Part shown: positions 29,866-41,220 of the stretch, piece by piece
Layout: each line of letters opens with the position of its first letter
How positions within the stretch are numbered: position 1 is the first letter of the stretch
Assembly (NCBI GenBank): GCA_964464605.1
Contig: CAYXJN010000002.1
Location: 248,001 to 312,000, forward strand
Reading direction: 5' to 3'
DNA: 64,000 bases
Source: an uncultured Ignavibacteriales bacterium
GTDB taxonomy: Bacteria > Zixibacteria > MSB-5A5 > GN15 > FEB-12
Made by a program: the position numbers and the translations under genes
Notes under the pieces: generated by a model
What the model was told of the DNA's origin: nothing
The model's database searches: none
Seen by the model: the letters and a program-made list of their open reading frames with translations, nothing else

Positions 29866-30355
29866 ATTGTGCTAATTCCAGTTCGATAATCGGCTGGTCG
29901 GTTCCGACCTGATCCCCTGACACAAAATGCACCGCTTTGACTTTCCCCTTGGCAGCCGACATGACATTGTTTTCCATCTTCATAGCTTCGACAATTACGA
30001 GCGGCTGCTTTTCGATTACGTCATCGCCGACCGCAACCAGCACTTTGACAATTTTGCCGGGCATTGGAGCGAAGATTTTATCTTTAGCACCATGGCTGCC
30101 TGCTGATGCAGCAAAATTGTCAGTATTCGGTTCAGTGACTTCTATCTGCGTTGAATCGATATCGAGATAATAAACGTCTTTGTGCTTAACAGCGGCAATG
30201 TGAAGTTGCTCACCGTTTACTTGCGCTGAAAAGAGATTTCGACCGATTACCCGAAATGCTACCGGCACACCGTTGATAGTCGCGTTCCAGCCATCAGTTG
30301 TTTTTTCAACGGAAGTGGTCACGACTTTATCACCGACTTTAAACTCCTGACTCAT
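29864..30355 (-). CDS. Biotin carboxyl carrier subunit (BT+BCCP) of an acyl-CoA carboxylase
   Basis: APMPG...EAMKMEN biotinylation motif; ATGA overlap with the biotin carboxylase gene. Confidence 0.9.
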   Translation of the reverse strand: MSQEFKVGDKVVTTSVEKTTDGWNATINGVPVAFRVIGRNLFSAQVNGEQLHIAAVKHKDVYYLDIDSTQIEVTEPNTDNFAASAGSHGAKDKIFAPMPGKIVKVLVAVGDDVIEKQPLVIVEAMKMENNVMSAAKGKVKAVHFVSGDQVGTDQPIIELELAQ

Positions 30356-31860
30356 CGGATACTTCCTCCGACTTGCCACGTTCCCACCTGCTCCCACACC
30401 GAGGGCAGCGTCGCTGCCTTTGAACCGGGTGAACAGGCTGGTTTTGTTTGAGAGGTTATTGAAGCTATGGCGGCAGCGATATCGACAACCTCATCCACTT
30501 GTGATGAGCGGCTCGACAGATTTTTCTCGATAAAATTCGTGTACGTTCTCCCTGCTTTGAATTCAGCATGCGACAGACAATCGATCATGAACTTTTTGGC
30601 ATTACGAACACCGAGTACTTTGTAATCATTCAGCGCGGTTATCATCCGCTCGATTGCCAATTCACGAGTCGGCGCATGCACAATCAGCTTCGCCAAAATA
30701 GGGTCATAATGAATTGTTACCTCAGAGCCTTCCCAAATGCCGGAATCAACCCGAATCCCCGGCCCGGTCGGTTCAGAGTAATGCAGAATCTTTCCCGTCG
30801 AAGGAAGAAAACCGTTCTCGCCATCTTCGGCATACAAACGGCACTCGATAGCGTGACCATGTTGTGTGGCCAGTAATGCAGTATCGGAAATCGGAAGTCC
30901 GGCTGCTATACGAATCTGCTCAACCGCTAAATCGACACCGCTGGTTTCTTCGGTAATCGGATGTTCTACCTGCAAGCGGGTGTTCACTTCGAGAAAATAA
31001 TAACTGCCTGCTTCGTCGAGCAGAAACTCGACCGTTCCGGCATTGGTATATCCAGCAGTCTTGGCGACTTTGACTGCATCAGCACCCATCTTGTTTCGTA
31101 ATTCAGCTGTTAATGCAACAGAAGGAGTCTCTTCGATAATCTTTTGATGTCTGCGTTGAATGGAACATTCCCGTTCGAACAGGTGAATCACATGTCCGTG
31201 TGTATCAGCTAAAATTTGAAACTCGATATGGCGAGGGTTGACTAAGTATTTTTCGAGATAAACGGAATCATCATTGAAGGCGTTTTTTGCTTCCCGCTTG
31301 GCGGCGTCGATTGCAGCAGGGAGTTCATCACGTTTGTTCACGACTCGCATCCCTTTGCCACCGCCACCGGCAGCCGCTTTGATAAGCACCGGATACCCTG
31401 CTTCATCGGCTGCTTTCACATAATCATCAAGTTTGTCACTGTTAGTTTTCATACCGGGGATAAGCGGCACACCGACTTTCGCCATGGCCACGCGGGATTC
31501 GACTTTGTTGCCGAGCAAACGAATCGCTTCCGGCGATGGACCGATAAAGGTGATGCCCTCTTTTTTACATCGCGCGGCGAACTCAGCATTCTCAGATAAA
31601 AAGCCATAACCGGGATGAATTGCATCCGCACCGCTTTTCCTTGCAGCATCTATAATCGCGTCAATCTTCAGGTATGATTCCCGCGGTGAGGCTGCACCGA
31701 TATGGACTGATTCATCGGCTAGCAAACGATGCTTGCTTTGCACGTCGGCATCACTGTACACCGCGACCGTTGGAATACGAAGAGTACGGCAGGCGTTGAT
31801 GACCCGCACAGCAATTTCAGACCGGTTGGCGATCAGGATTTTTTTGAACAATGGTTTCAT
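30352..31860 (-). CDS. Biotin carboxylase subunit (methylcrotonyl/geranyl-CoA carboxylase alpha-type)
   Basis: ANRSEIA, HPGYGFLSEN, GGGGKGMR, RECSIQRRHQK, EVNTRLQVEH. Confidence 0.93.
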   Translation of the reverse strand: MKPLFKKILIANRSEIAVRVINACRTLRIPTVAVYSDADVQSKHRLLADESVHIGAASPRESYLKIDAIIDAARKSGADAIHPGYGFLSENAEFAARCKKEGITFIGPSPEAIRLLGNKVESRVAMAKVGVPLIPGMKTNSDKLDDYVKAADEAGYPVLIKAAAGGGGKGMRVVNKRDELPAAIDAAKREAKNAFNDDSVYLEKYLVNPRHIEFQILADTHGHVIHLFERECSIQRRHQKIIEETPSVALTAELRNKMGADAVKVAKTAGYTNAGTVEFLLDEAGSYYFLEVNTRLQVEHPITEETSGVDLAVEQIRIAAGLPISDTALLATQHGHAIECRLYAEDGENGFLPSTGKILHYSEPTGPGIRVDSGIWEGSEVTIHYDPILAKLIVHAPTRELAIERMITALNDYKVLGVRNAKKFMIDCLSHAEFKAGRTYTNFIEKNLSSRSSQVDEVVDIAAAIASITSQTKPACSPGSKAATLPSVWEQVGTWQVGGSIR

Positions 31861-31869
31861 TGCAGGCAA

Positions 31870-32652
31870 TTATTCAGCCCAGCGCGGTTTTTGTTTGGCT
31901 AAGAAGGCGGCCATTCCCTCCTGCCCTTCTGCAGAATTTCGAAGCTTGGCGATCATTTCGGCAGTGAACGGCTTGTATTCCGCCGCGCTCATGGCCGGTA
32001 CTTTGCTTACTAATTCCTTCGCCATGCTAATTGCATGGGGACCGGAGGTAAGAATTTGTTGTAAGAGTTCATCGATTGTTTTGTCGAGTTCGGCATCCGG
32101 TACGACTTTATTCAGCAACCCGACTTCTTTAGCGCGATCTGCCGTTAACCGCTCGCCGGTGATGAATAGTCCCCGCGCTTTCCCCTCGCCGATTTTCTTA
32201 ATCACATACGGACCGATACAGGCAGGCACTAACCCGATTTTCACTTCCGAAAATGAGACGACTGACGACTGCGCGCCGATAGAAATATCGCACACGGCTA
32301 CAAATCCTGCCCCACCGCCGATAGCGGCGCCGTTGATACGTCCGATTACCGGACGGGTGCAGGTGTATATATCATTAAAAAGTTCAGCCAGCTCACTCGA
32401 TTCAGCGAGATTCTGGTCATACTTGTATTCAGCAACCGCCTTCATCCAGTTCAAATCGGCACCGGCACAGAATGATTTCCCTTCTCCCGTAATCACCACC
32501 GCGCGAATTTCCGGTGATTTGGCAATTTCGGCAAACACCTGACGCATCTCTTTGATAACGCCGGAATGAAAGGCGTTATGTACTTCCGGGCGTGAAAAGG
32601 TAACCCGTGCGATACGATTGCTGATTTCAAAACGAAGGGTCGTGTAACTCAT
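31870..32652 (-). CDS. Enoyl-CoA hydratase (methylglutaconyl-CoA hydratase LiuC-like)
   Basis: FCAGADLNWM, AIGGGAG, SEVKIGLVPA; liu-like gene context. Confidence 0.85.
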   Translation of the reverse strand: MSYTTLRFEISNRIARVTFSRPEVHNAFHSGVIKEMRQVFAEIAKSPEIRAVVITGEGKSFCAGADLNWMKAVAEYKYDQNLAESSELAELFNDIYTCTRPVIGRINGAAIGGGAGFVAVCDISIGAQSSVVSFSEVKIGLVPACIGPYVIKKIGEGKARGLFITGERLTADRAKEVGLLNKVVPDAELDKTIDELLQQILTSGPHAISMAKELVSKVPAMSAAEYKPFTAEMIAKLRNSAEGQEGMAAFLAKQKPRWAE

Positions 32653-32653
32653 T

Positions 32654-34261
32654 TTACATTCTGAAAACGCCGAACTTGGCGTCGGGAATCGGCGCATTGA
32701 GGGACATCGAAATCGCCAATGCCAATGCCTGCCGTGTTTCTGTCATACCGATCATGCCGTCATCCCATAATCGCGCGCCGGAAAAATAGGGTGTCGATTC
32801 GGATTCATATTTTTCAATAATCGGTTTACGAATTTCTGTGATTTCCTGCTGAGTGAGCGTTTTTCCTTCCCGCTGCAGCTGCTCGATTTTCACCTGCGCT
32901 AACACATCAGCAGCCTGCTCACCACCCATGACACAGATTTTCGCGTTCGGCCACATCCACAACACACGCGGGAAAAAGCCGCGACCGCACATGGCATAGT
33001 TACCGGCGCCGTACGAACCACCAACCACAACCGTAAACTTCGGTACCTGCGCATTGGCGACGGCATGGACTAACTTTGCACCATCACGAGCGATCCCCCC
33101 TGCTTCATATTGACGGCCAACGATAAACCCTGAAATATTCTGCAAAAAGATAAGCGGGATTTTCCGCTCTGAGCACAACTCTATAAAATGCGCACCTTTC
33201 TGCGATGATTCCGAAAACAGCACGCCGTTGTTTCCGATAATCCCGACCGGGTATCCCATGATTTTAGCGAAACCGGTAACTAACGTTGCACCGTACAATT
33301 CTTTGAATTCATGAAAACGTGAGCCATCGACTATACGCGCGATTACTTCCCGAATATCATACGGCTTACGCAAATCATTCGATACGACTCCGTACAACTC
33401 CTCTGGGTCATAGTACGGCTCTTCTGATTCTGACATTTCCAACTGAAATGATTTCGGACGGTTCAGATTAACGATGATATTGCGTGCGATCTGCAACGCA
33501 TGTTCATCGTTTTGCGCATAGTGATCCGTCACACCGGATTTACGGCAATGCACATCCGCTCCACCCAGTTCTTCAGCCGTTACCACTTCGCCGGTCGCCG
33601 CTTTAACCAGCGGCGGGCCGCCGATAAAAATCGTTCCCTGATTTTTGACAATCACGCATTCATCCGACATCGCCGGTAAATACGCGCCACCTGCCGTACA
33701 GGAACCCATCACGACGGCAATCTGCGCGATTCCCTTTGCAGACATCCGCGCTTCGTTGAAAAAGATTCTTCCGAAATGATCTTTGTCGGGGAATGTTCCG
33801 GCTTGCAGCGGCAGATAAATACCACCGGAATCGACAAGATAGACACACGGCAGATTATTCGTTTCGGCAATTTCCTGAGCACGGGCATGCTTAAGAATCG
33901 TCATCGGATAATAGGTGCCGCCTTTGACTGTTGCATCATTGGCGATAACCATCACTTCCCGGCCATGCACTACCCCGACACCGCAGATAATTCCTGCCGC
34001 TGGAGCATCGTTATCGTACATATCAATAGCAGCAAGCGGACTGATTTCCAAAAACGGGGTATTTTTATCGAGCAGTCGCATAACCCGTTCACGCGGCAGC
34101 AATTTACCGCGTTCAACATGACGCTGCCGTGCTTTTTCCGGGCCGCCTAATTTGATCTGTTCAAGCCGTTCTTTGAACTGACGATGCTGCTCACGATTAA
34201 GTTTATCGTTCAGTTTGAAGATATCGGACTTAGTATCGATTTTTGATTCTATACGAAACAT
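32654..34261 (-). CDS. liuB: Methylcrotonoyl-CoA carboxylase beta (carboxyltransferase) subunit
   Basis: [48 protein letters not shown]. Confidence 0.88.
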   Translation of the reverse strand: MFRIESKIDTKSDIFKLNDKLNREQHRQFKERLEQIKLGGPEKARQRHVERGKLLPRERVMRLLDKNTPFLEISPLAAIDMYDNDAPAAGIICGVGVVHGREVMVIANDATVKGGTYYPMTILKHARAQEIAETNNLPCVYLVDSGGIYLPLQAGTFPDKDHFGRIFFNEARMSAKGIAQIAVVMGSCTAGGAYLPAMSDECVIVKNQGTIFIGGPPLVKAATGEVVTAEELGGADVHCRKSGVTDHYAQNDEHALQIARNIIVNLNRPKSFQLEMSESEEPYYDPEELYGVVSNDLRKPYDIREVIARIVDGSRFHEFKELYGATLVTGFAKIMGYPVGIIGNNGVLFSESSQKGAHFIELCSERKIPLIFLQNISGFIVGRQYEAGGIARDGAKLVHAVANAQVPKFTVVVGGSYGAGNYAMCGRGFFPRVLWMWPNAKICVMGGEQAADVLAQVKIEQLQREGKTLTQQEITEIRKPIIEKYESESTPYFSGARLWDDGMIGMTETRQALALAISMSLNAPIPDAKFGVFRM

Positions 34262-34264
34262 GAG

Positions 34265-36136
34265 CTACCGTTTCTTCGGTGACTTCGTCACTTTTGGTGG
34301 CTTTGCCACTTTTGTTTTGGGTGACGTCGTCACTTTTCTTTTTGACAACAGTTCTTTCGGGGCTTCTACTTGCATCTGCAGTAATGCCTGCGCGAGTGTT
34401 TTGCCTTGCGGGTCAACCATCAGCGACTTCGTTCCACCGCCGCCGAGCGTTTCTTCCAAAAGAAAATTCAGCCCCATCAGATTGTCGAGTTCGTAGCGAA
34501 CAACTTTTCCTTTGCAAATCCCTTTGAAAAAGCTCTTCACTTTGCTCTCGGTTAAATAGCCGCACAGCCAATGATAAATTGCTTCCGAGCGGGCTAACAC
34601 GCCAATATTACAGGTATCCCCTTTATCACCGGAACGTGCATAACACAATTCGCGCAGCAAAACCGGAGTAGTTCTACCGTATTTGCTTCTTTGGCGTGGC
34701 TTTCCCTTTTCCTGTTCCTGCCCGCTCGACATATTCACATACAGACGAGGCGCAACGGTAATGTGCTCGACAATCCCGTCGGTCGAAAGCGTATCGACAT
34801 ACGAAGTTACTTTTTCCCGCCGTAACAATGCTGGCCAGTAGGCAATCACCGAAGATGGCTTCGGTCTTCCGCCGCCGGTTACCGCCATTCCGGATGGTCC
34901 GGAGAGAATAACGGTCGCGAGTGATTTACCGAAGGCGTCGAACTTTTTCGCATCCTGATCCCGCGCGCTTAAGCGCAGGAACACTTCATTGCTTTCACCG
35001 CTATTGAGCGCAGATGGCCAGATAGAACCCGAACCAATCAATTCAGTTTTGGTCTCTTCAAATGAATGCCCGACTTTATTCCAGAAGATATCGGCGATGA
35101 TTTTTCCTTTTTTGTACGTATCAGGCCCGGAAATCAAAAGTGTCCCGCTTGCCTTCCAACCATCTTCATAGGAAATCGACACTTTCAAAAACGGTGTGGC
35201 CGGTTTTCCTTTGACGCCGAACACTTTTACGCGGTTGAGACCATCTGCTTTTAACTGAATCGAATCGAAACGGGCGACCCCATCCGGCGTGATATAATTT
35301 TCCGGATCCCCCATTTCATAGACCAACTGCTCTTTGACACTTTTGAGCGAAACCATCCCGCCGGTTTTTTCATGCTTGGTCACTACAAACTCACCCGATG
35401 CTGACATTTCAATAATCGGATATCCCATTTTATGCCAGGCTTTGATTTCTTTCCAATCGGTGAGATTCCCACCCGAAGACTGACAGCCGCACTCGATAAT
35501 ATGCCCCGCTACCACCCCGGCTGCAATTTTATCCCAATCGGTCATCGACCAGCCGAATTCATAAATCATCGGCGCGACAGTAATACCGGTATCAGTCACA
35601 CGACCGCTGACTATTATCTGACATCCCGCTTCAAGTGCTTTTACTACCGGTTCAGCGCCTAAATACACATTCGCAGATGTTACCTGCGACCTCACCGATG
35701 ACAACGGCGCACCGGTTTCCATATTGGCGAGTTTTTCACCGGACGAAATCAATGAATCGAGTGTTTCCATGATATCATCACCGGTAATCACACCGACTTT
35801 GATTTTCAGATTTTTCTTTTTGGCGATTTCGATAATTTTTTTGCCGAGCGCCTGCGGATTCACCCCGCCGGCATTGGTAATGACTTTGACATTTTTCTCG
35901 ACGATCAACGGCAGACAGTCTTCCATCTGTCCCACAAAATCGGTGGCGTACCCAAGCTCCGGATTTTTTTTGCGCTGCCCCTGCAAAATCGACATGGTAA
36001 TTTCAGCCAGAAAATCGATCGTTATGTAATCAAGCTTGCCGCCTTCTAACTGACGCTTTAAGGCGGAGAGATCATCCCCCCAATACCCGCCGGCATTGCC
36101 GATTCGAATCATTTGCTTTCCGGATTGTCCGGTCAC
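34265..36136 (-). CDS. Acyclic terpene utilization AtuA family protein (N- and C-terminal domains fused)
   Basis: RIGNAGGYWGD, DFLAEITM, ANVYLGA, GHIIECG, EQLVYE, ARSGDKG, DPQGK. Confidence 0.9.
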   Translation of the reverse strand: MTGQSGKQMIRIGNAGGYWGDDLSALKRQLEGGKLDYITIDFLAEITMSILQGQRKKNPELGYATDFVGQMEDCLPLIVEKNVKVITNAGGVNPQALGKKIIEIAKKKNLKIKVGVITGDDIMETLDSLISSGEKLANMETGAPLSSVRSQVTSANVYLGAEPVVKALEAGCQIIVSGRVTDTGITVAPMIYEFGWSMTDWDKIAAGVVAGHIIECGCQSSGGNLTDWKEIKAWHKMGYPIIEMSASGEFVVTKHEKTGGMVSLKSVKEQLVYEMGDPENYITPDGVARFDSIQLKADGLNRVKVFGVKGKPATPFLKVSISYEDGWKASGTLLISGPDTYKKGKIIADIFWNKVGHSFEETKTELIGSGSIWPSALNSGESNEVFLRLSARDQDAKKFDAFGKSLATVILSGPSGMAVTGGGRPKPSSVIAYWPALLRREKVTSYVDTLSTDGIVEHITVAPRLYVNMSSGQEQEKGKPRQRSKYGRTTPVLLRELCYARSGDKGDTCNIGVLARSEAIYHWLCGYLTESKVKSFFKGICKGKVVRYELDNLMGLNFLLEETLGGGGTKSLMVDPQGKTLAQALLQMQVEAPKELLSKRKVTTSPKTKVAKPPKVTKSPKKR

Positions 36137-36281
36137 TCTATCTCCAATTCTCCCAACGGGTTTGACCCGTCCTGTTTAACTGGGCAAGAATATACTGCCC
36201 GGTAACTGGACTGTAAAGCGGGAAACAGAAACCGAAAGTTTTCCTGTATTCTGTGGTTTTTGAGGTCGATAATAGAAGGGT

Positions 36282-36863
36282 ATGCGTAAATCATGGGCTT
36301 TTTATCTCTTATTGTTTCTGTATTCTCTTTGCATTGTCAGCGCACGGACAGAAACGGTTACCGATGACAACTCCGCCTTTTTTCAGGGAGCAAAACGGAA
36401 CTATATCTTCTCTCCTCCTCCCGGCTGGCAGTTATTGATCGAGGAACCGGGACAGGATGGTTATTCCTTTGCCTTTATCCCAAAAGAGAAATCATACGAC
36501 TCTTCTGATGTCCTGATTACCATAACTATCTACACCCTGAATAATCATACGTATCAGCAGTTGATAGAATCCGATACTGCTTCCCTGCGGGAACATTACG
36601 GTAAGGCAATGACGATTGTGCAACACACTACTTTGGCCGGTAAGAAGCTGGAAAACATGAGCGCGTTTTCGCTGACCGATAAAGAACAGTTTGTACCGAC
36701 CGCCATGCTCTCGTATTACAACGGTGAACAGGAAATCGTGATTTTTGAATTGACCCTTTTACCACAGAGTAACCGGAAAAAAGCTGAGACCGCCTTTGCG
36801 AGCTGCGTCACCCAATTCCGAACCCTGGTTCGAAAAGAACTCGGTGTAACTACCAAAAAATAA
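36282..36863 (+). CDS. Hypothetical exported protein
   Basis: 193-aa ORF with signal peptide, ends at a bidirectional terminator. Confidence 0.65.
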   Translation: MRKSWAFYLLLFLYSLCIVSARTETVTDDNSAFFQGAKRNYIFSPPPGWQLLIEEPGQDGYSFAFIPKEKSYDSSDVLITITIYTLNNHTYQQLIESDTASLREHYGKAMTIVQHTTLAGKKLENMSAFSLTDKEQFVPTAMLSYYNGEQEIVIFELTLLPQSNRKKAETAFASCVTQFRTLVRKELGVTTKK

Positions 36864-36894
36864 AAAAGCCGGTTGTTAACCGGCTTTTCTTTTT
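36864..36894. terminator. Bidirectional terminator
   Basis: AAAAGCCGGTT-gtt-AACCGGCTTTT between convergent genes. Confidence 0.8.
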
Positions 36895-36908
36895 ATGTGT
36901 AAATCAAT

Positions 36909-39536
36909 TTAATGATTTACTTCTTCTGCTTTTTCAACTGAACTGTCGATACGAAACACCAACCCATCTCGCCCAGCCGTAATCAACAACGACTGATCCG
37001 GTTTGAGTTCACCTGACAAGAACATCCTCGCTATCTGCTGACTCAGTTCTTTGTTGATAAGCCGTTTGAGCGGACGTGCTCCGAAGGTCGGGTCGTACCC
37101 GGTTCTGGCAAGATGCTCCATCGCTTCATCGGTTAGCTCAAGTTTCACTTCCTTCTCGGCCAACAGTTTTATCAGTTTGCCGAGCTGGATACGCACGATC
37201 TGTTTGACCTCGTTCTCCGTCAGCGGCGTAAAGACAATAATCTCATCGATACGGTTCAAAAACTCCGGCCGTAAAGTCCGTCGTAAGGTGTTCAGCACCT
37301 GCTTACGCACTGTCTCAAGCACCATCGAACGGTTGCGGTCTTCGATTTTCGAAGCCTCATCCTGAATATATTCCGCCGCGATATTAGAGGTCATGATCAG
37401 AATGACATTTCTAAACGATACGACTCGTCCCTGATTGTCGGTGAGGCGACCATCTTCAAGTACCTGTAAAAGCACATTGAAAACGTCTTGATGCGCTTTT
37501 TCGATTTCATCGAGCAGTACGACTGAATAAGGACGGCGGCGAACCGCTTCAGTCAACTGACCACCTTCATCATAACCGACATACCCGGGAGGGGCGCCGA
37601 TTAAACGGGAGACCGAGTGCTTCTCCATATATTCCGACATGTCGATTCGCACCATCGCCTCTTCCGAACCATACAGAAACTCAGCGAGGGCACGCGCTAA
37701 TTCCGTTTTACCGACACCGGTCGGGCCGAGGAACATGAACGAGCCAATAGGTCTGTTCGGATCAGTTAATCCGGCGCGGGACTGACGGACGGCATCGGCA
37801 ACGGCGGTTACCGCTTCATCCTGGCCGACTACCCGTTTACGAAGTTCATCTTCCAAGCGCAGTAGTTTTTCCGTTTCGGTTTCATTCAACCGTGTTACCG
37901 GAATACCGGTCCACTTGGAAACGATCTCGGCGACGTCTTCAGCGTCGACTTCCTCTTTCAGAAGCTGGCGTTTCGATTGAATCGCCGTAAGTGAATGACT
38001 CAAGAATTGCAGTTTCTTTTCGGCATCGGAAATATCACCGTAACGTAACCGGGCAGCGTTTTCATAATCAGCCCGGCGTTCCGCTTCGGCAGCCTGATGT
38101 TTCAATCCCTCGATTTCGATTTTGAGACCGCGAATCGAATCGACGGCATCCTTCTCTTTCTGCCACTGCGTACGGACATCATCCCGCTGCGCATACAATT
38201 CTTTGAGTTCCTCTTCAATCGGGCGAAGACGAATGGCGGCATCCTTTTCCCGCTTGATTCCTTCTTTTTCGATTTCCAACTGACGAATCCGCTTCTCCAG
38301 CGAATCAAGTTCTTCTGGAAGTGAATCGATAGAAATGCGCAGCTCGGCTGCTGCTTCATCGATCAGATCAATCGCCTTGTCCGGCAAGAACCGGTCGGCG
38401 ATATATCGGTCGGACAACTTCGCCGCCGCGACAATTGCTGCATCGGAAATTTTTATCCCATGAAACGCTTCATACCGCTCGCGCAGTCCGCGTAAAATCG
38501 AAACCGTATCTTCGACAGATGGTGGTTCGATCAACACCGGCGCAAAACGGCGTTCTAAAGCAGCATCCTTTTCGACATGCTTGCGATATTCATCGAGCGT
38601 GGTCGCACCGATAAAGCGAATTTCTCCACGAGCCAGCGCTGGCTTAAGCATGTTGGAAGCATCAAGCGATCCGCCAACAGCTCCGGCACCGACAATGGTG
38701 TGCATTTCGTCGATGAACAAAATAATTCCGCCTTGCGCTTTCTCAACTTCCTTGAGAATCGCTTTAAGGCGTTCTTCAAACTCACCGCGATATTTGGAAC
38801 CGGCTATCAATGCACCTAAATCTAAAGCGACAAGTCGCCGGTCTTTGAGTGTTTCCGGCACTTCGCCGATAGCAATTTTCTGGGCGAGTCCTTCGACCAC
38901 CGCAGTTTTACCGGTACCCGGTTCACCGATAAGAACCGGATTGTTTTTAGTGCGGCGGGATAAAATCTTGATCACCCGGCGGATTTCATCATCACGGCCG
39001 ATAACCGGATCGAGCTTTCCTTCCCGCGCCATCTTGGTTAGATCTCGGGAATACTTTTCGAGCACTTCATATTTCGATTCCGGATTATCATCGACTACCC
39101 GTGTTCCGCCGCGAATCGTATCAAGTGCTTTCAGCACAGTATCCCGTTTTGCGCCGGCGGCACGAAGCAGTTCCGAAGCTTTCCCTTTGACATCGATCAA
39201 TGCCAACAGCAGATGCTCGACAGAAACGTATTCATCATCGAATGTTTTCAATTCCTGTTCAGCCTTGGTGAGCACTTGGGTAAACTCAGATGATGCATAC
39301 AACTGACCGCCGCTCTGTTTCGGCAGCGTTGTCAACGCTTTAGTAACTTCAGTTTCAAGTGCAGTGACATCTACATCGACTTTTTTTAGTACCTGACTGA
39401 CTAAGCCTTCTTCCTGAAAAAGCAGAGCCGAAAGCAAATGTATCGGCAGTATCTGCGGATGTGTCCCGTTCTGCGCTATGGTTTGCGCTTCGGTGATCGC
39501 TTCAAGCGATCGCTGTGTAAATGTGTTCGGATTCAT
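36909..39536 (-). CDS. clpB: ATP-dependent chaperone ClpB
   Basis: Clp N repeats, two Walker A motifs ([16 protein letters not shown]), coiled-coil middle domain. Confidence 0.97.
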   Translation of the reverse strand: MNPNTFTQRSLEAITEAQTIAQNGTHPQILPIHLLSALLFQEEGLVSQVLKKVDVDVTALETEVTKALTTLPKQSGGQLYASSEFTQVLTKAEQELKTFDDEYVSVEHLLLALIDVKGKASELLRAAGAKRDTVLKALDTIRGGTRVVDDNPESKYEVLEKYSRDLTKMAREGKLDPVIGRDDEIRRVIKILSRRTKNNPVLIGEPGTGKTAVVEGLAQKIAIGEVPETLKDRRLVALDLGALIAGSKYRGEFEERLKAILKEVEKAQGGIILFIDEMHTIVGAGAVGGSLDASNMLKPALARGEIRFIGATTLDEYRKHVEKDAALERRFAPVLIEPPSVEDTVSILRGLRERYEAFHGIKISDAAIVAAAKLSDRYIADRFLPDKAIDLIDEAAAELRISIDSLPEELDSLEKRIRQLEIEKEGIKREKDAAIRLRPIEEELKELYAQRDDVRTQWQKEKDAVDSIRGLKIEIEGLKHQAAEAERRADYENAARLRYGDISDAEKKLQFLSHSLTAIQSKRQLLKEEVDAEDVAEIVSKWTGIPVTRLNETETEKLLRLEDELRKRVVGQDEAVTAVADAVRQSRAGLTDPNRPIGSFMFLGPTGVGKTELARALAEFLYGSEEAMVRIDMSEYMEKHSVSRLIGAPPGYVGYDEGGQLTEAVRRRPYSVVLLDEIEKAHQDVFNVLLQVLEDGRLTDNQGRVVSFRNVILIMTSNIAAEYIQDEASKIEDRNRSMVLETVRKQVLNTLRRTLRPEFLNRIDEIIVFTPLTENEVKQIVRIQLGKLIKLLAEKEVKLELTDEAMEHLARTGYDPTFGARPLKRLINKELSQQIARMFLSGELKPDQSLLITAGRDGLVFRIDSSVEKAEEVNH

Positions 39537-39542
39537 ATATGT

Positions 39543-40418
39543 TTACTTCTCCCATTCTTCCAATAGTTTGCGCTGTTTCTCGGTGATTGTTTTCGGAATG
39601 TTTACCACTACTTCTACAATCATATCACCGACAACCGTTCCCCGTTTTACTCCCTGCCCGCGCAATCGCAGCAATGCGCCCGGCTGTGTTCCGGCCGGAA
39701 TTGCAACCGCAATCGAACCGCCGGATAATGTCTTCACACTTACTTTGCTTCCCAGTATCGCCTCTTTGAACGACACAACTGCTTTGGTATACAAATCGTT
39801 TCCTTTGCGCGAAAATTGCTCATTCGGCATCACGCGCACGGTAATCAGCAAATCACCATTCCCCGCCTGCGCGCTTTCCCCCTGACCGGCGAGTCGAACC
39901 ACTTCCCCATCGCTGATACCGGCCGGAATCGTTACCCGCAGGCGATGATCTTTCCCTTGCAATGAAACGGTTCGGGTAACACCCTCAACTGCTTCGGCGA
40001 GCGTTAAGGTTAATTCGGCTTCGATATCCTGCCCTCGCTGCGGCTTGCGGCTTTTTCCCCGACCGCGAGTTCGTCCTCCGCCGAAGAATGATTCGAGAAT
40101 ATCTTCCATTCCATCGAATCCTTCGGTGTGGACGGTGTAATTTCCTTGTCCGCCGAAATCATACTGCTGCTGCCTGCCGCGCGGCTGTCCGCCGGTGAAT
40201 GCGCCGTAGCGAAGCATTTCATCATATTGTTTCCGCTTCTGCGTATCCGACAATGTGTCGTATGCCTCGGAAAGCTCTTTGAACTTCGCTTCCGCCGCTT
40301 TGTCCCCTTTGTTACGATCCGGATGATATTTCTTGGCCTGCGAACGAAACACTTTTTTGATTTCGTCAGCGGATGCGTTTTGGCTTACGCCAAGTATATC
40401 GTAGTAGTTTTTACTCAT
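39543..40418 (-). CDS. Class B J-domain protein (DnaJ/CbpA-like, no zinc finger)
   Basis: YHPD J-domain, G/F region, DnaJ_C domain. Confidence 0.92.
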   Translation of the reverse strand: MSKNYYDILGVSQNASADEIKKVFRSQAKKYHPDRNKGDKAAEAKFKELSEAYDTLSDTQKRKQYDEMLRYGAFTGGQPRGRQQQYDFGGQGNYTVHTEGFDGMEDILESFFGGGRTRGRGKSRKPQRGQDIEAELTLTLAEAVEGVTRTVSLQGKDHRLRVTIPAGISDGEVVRLAGQGESAQAGNGDLLITVRVMPNEQFSRKGNDLYTKAVVSFKEAILGSKVSVKTLSGGSIAVAIPAGTQPGALLRLRGQGVKRGTVVGDMIVEVVVNIPKTITEKQRKLLEEWEK

Positions 40419-40490
40419 ATCGTTTCATCACCATAATCGTAACTCAGGCGCGGTATCGCATCAGTTATTTTACGCCTGCGTTCTTAGAAG

Positions 40491-40522
40491 AAAAATAAAA
40501 GGCCGGACATCGCTGGCCGGCC
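40491..40522 (-). terminator. Possible intra-operon terminator or attenuator between hsp20 and dnaJ
   Basis: GGCCGG...CCGGCC hairpin followed by a U-rich tract on the minus strand. Confidence 0.5.
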
Positions 40523-40570
40523 CTTCGCTGTTAAGAACACAGGTGTCCCGCTGTCCGATACGACACCCGT

Positions 40571-41002
40571 TTAGGATACTTTCACTTCCACTTCGCGCGG
40601 TTTGGCTTCCTCACGTTTCGGGATACGGACTTCAAGAATACCGTTCTTGTAGTCAGCTTTCACGTTGGCCGCATCGACCGTGTTCGGGAGCGTAAACGAA
40701 CGGCTGAACGAGCCTTCGTGGAACTCGCGACGCACGAACTTTTCGGTTTTCTCTTCTTTGTTGAACTTGCGTTCGCCGCTGATCGTCAGGACATCATCCT
40801 GCACCACAACTTTTACTTCTTCCTTTGACACGCCCGGAATAGCAAGCGAGAGAATTAATTCCTTTTCACTTTCCAAAACGTTAACGCGCGGAGTCAACCG
40901 GCCGTTACCGGCACCAGTGAACGGAAAAGCAAATTCATCAAACGCACGCTCGACTTCACGAGCTACCCGATTCGGGTTGAGAATCACAGAATTGAACGTC
41001 AT
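40571..41002 (-). CDS. Hsp20/alpha-crystallin small heat shock protein
   Basis: LTISGER, GSFSRSFTLP, ADYKNGILEVRIPK; RBS GGAGG before ATG 41002. Confidence 0.95.
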   Translation of the reverse strand: MTFNSVILNPNRVAREVERAFDEFAFPFTGAGNGRLTPRVNVLESEKELILSLAIPGVSKEEVKVVVQDDVLTISGERKFNKEEKTEKFVRREFHEGSFSRSFTLPNTVDAANVKADYKNGILEVRIPKREEAKPREVEVKVS

Positions 41003-41052
41003 AGTTTTGACCTCCATGTTGGTTAGTGTTCTTTTTGTCTTACCAATACATA

Positions 41053-41068
41053 ATCAAAGTCCATGCCG
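41053..41068 (-). promoter_or_regulatory. Putative sigma54 (-24/-12) promoter of hsp20-dnaJ-clpB
   Basis: CGGCAT-GGACT-TTGAT, with correct spacing but TTGA in place of TTGC. Confidence 0.5.
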
Positions 41069-41220
41069 AGCTTAATAAGTCACTGTCATTCAATTTATTA
41101 TGATTTTCAGCTGATTTCGACAAGACAGAATACTGACTATTTGACGGAAAACATGCCAATTAGGCCTAACGGAGTGCGTCAAAATGAGCGAACTCACGCC
41201 ACTATGACAGCCTCGTGAAA

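Noticed and set aside
31733..32542. Long antisense ORFs (269 aa here; 241 aa at 38581-39306, and others)
   Set aside because: They are shadow ORFs on the opposite strand of well-conserved genes.
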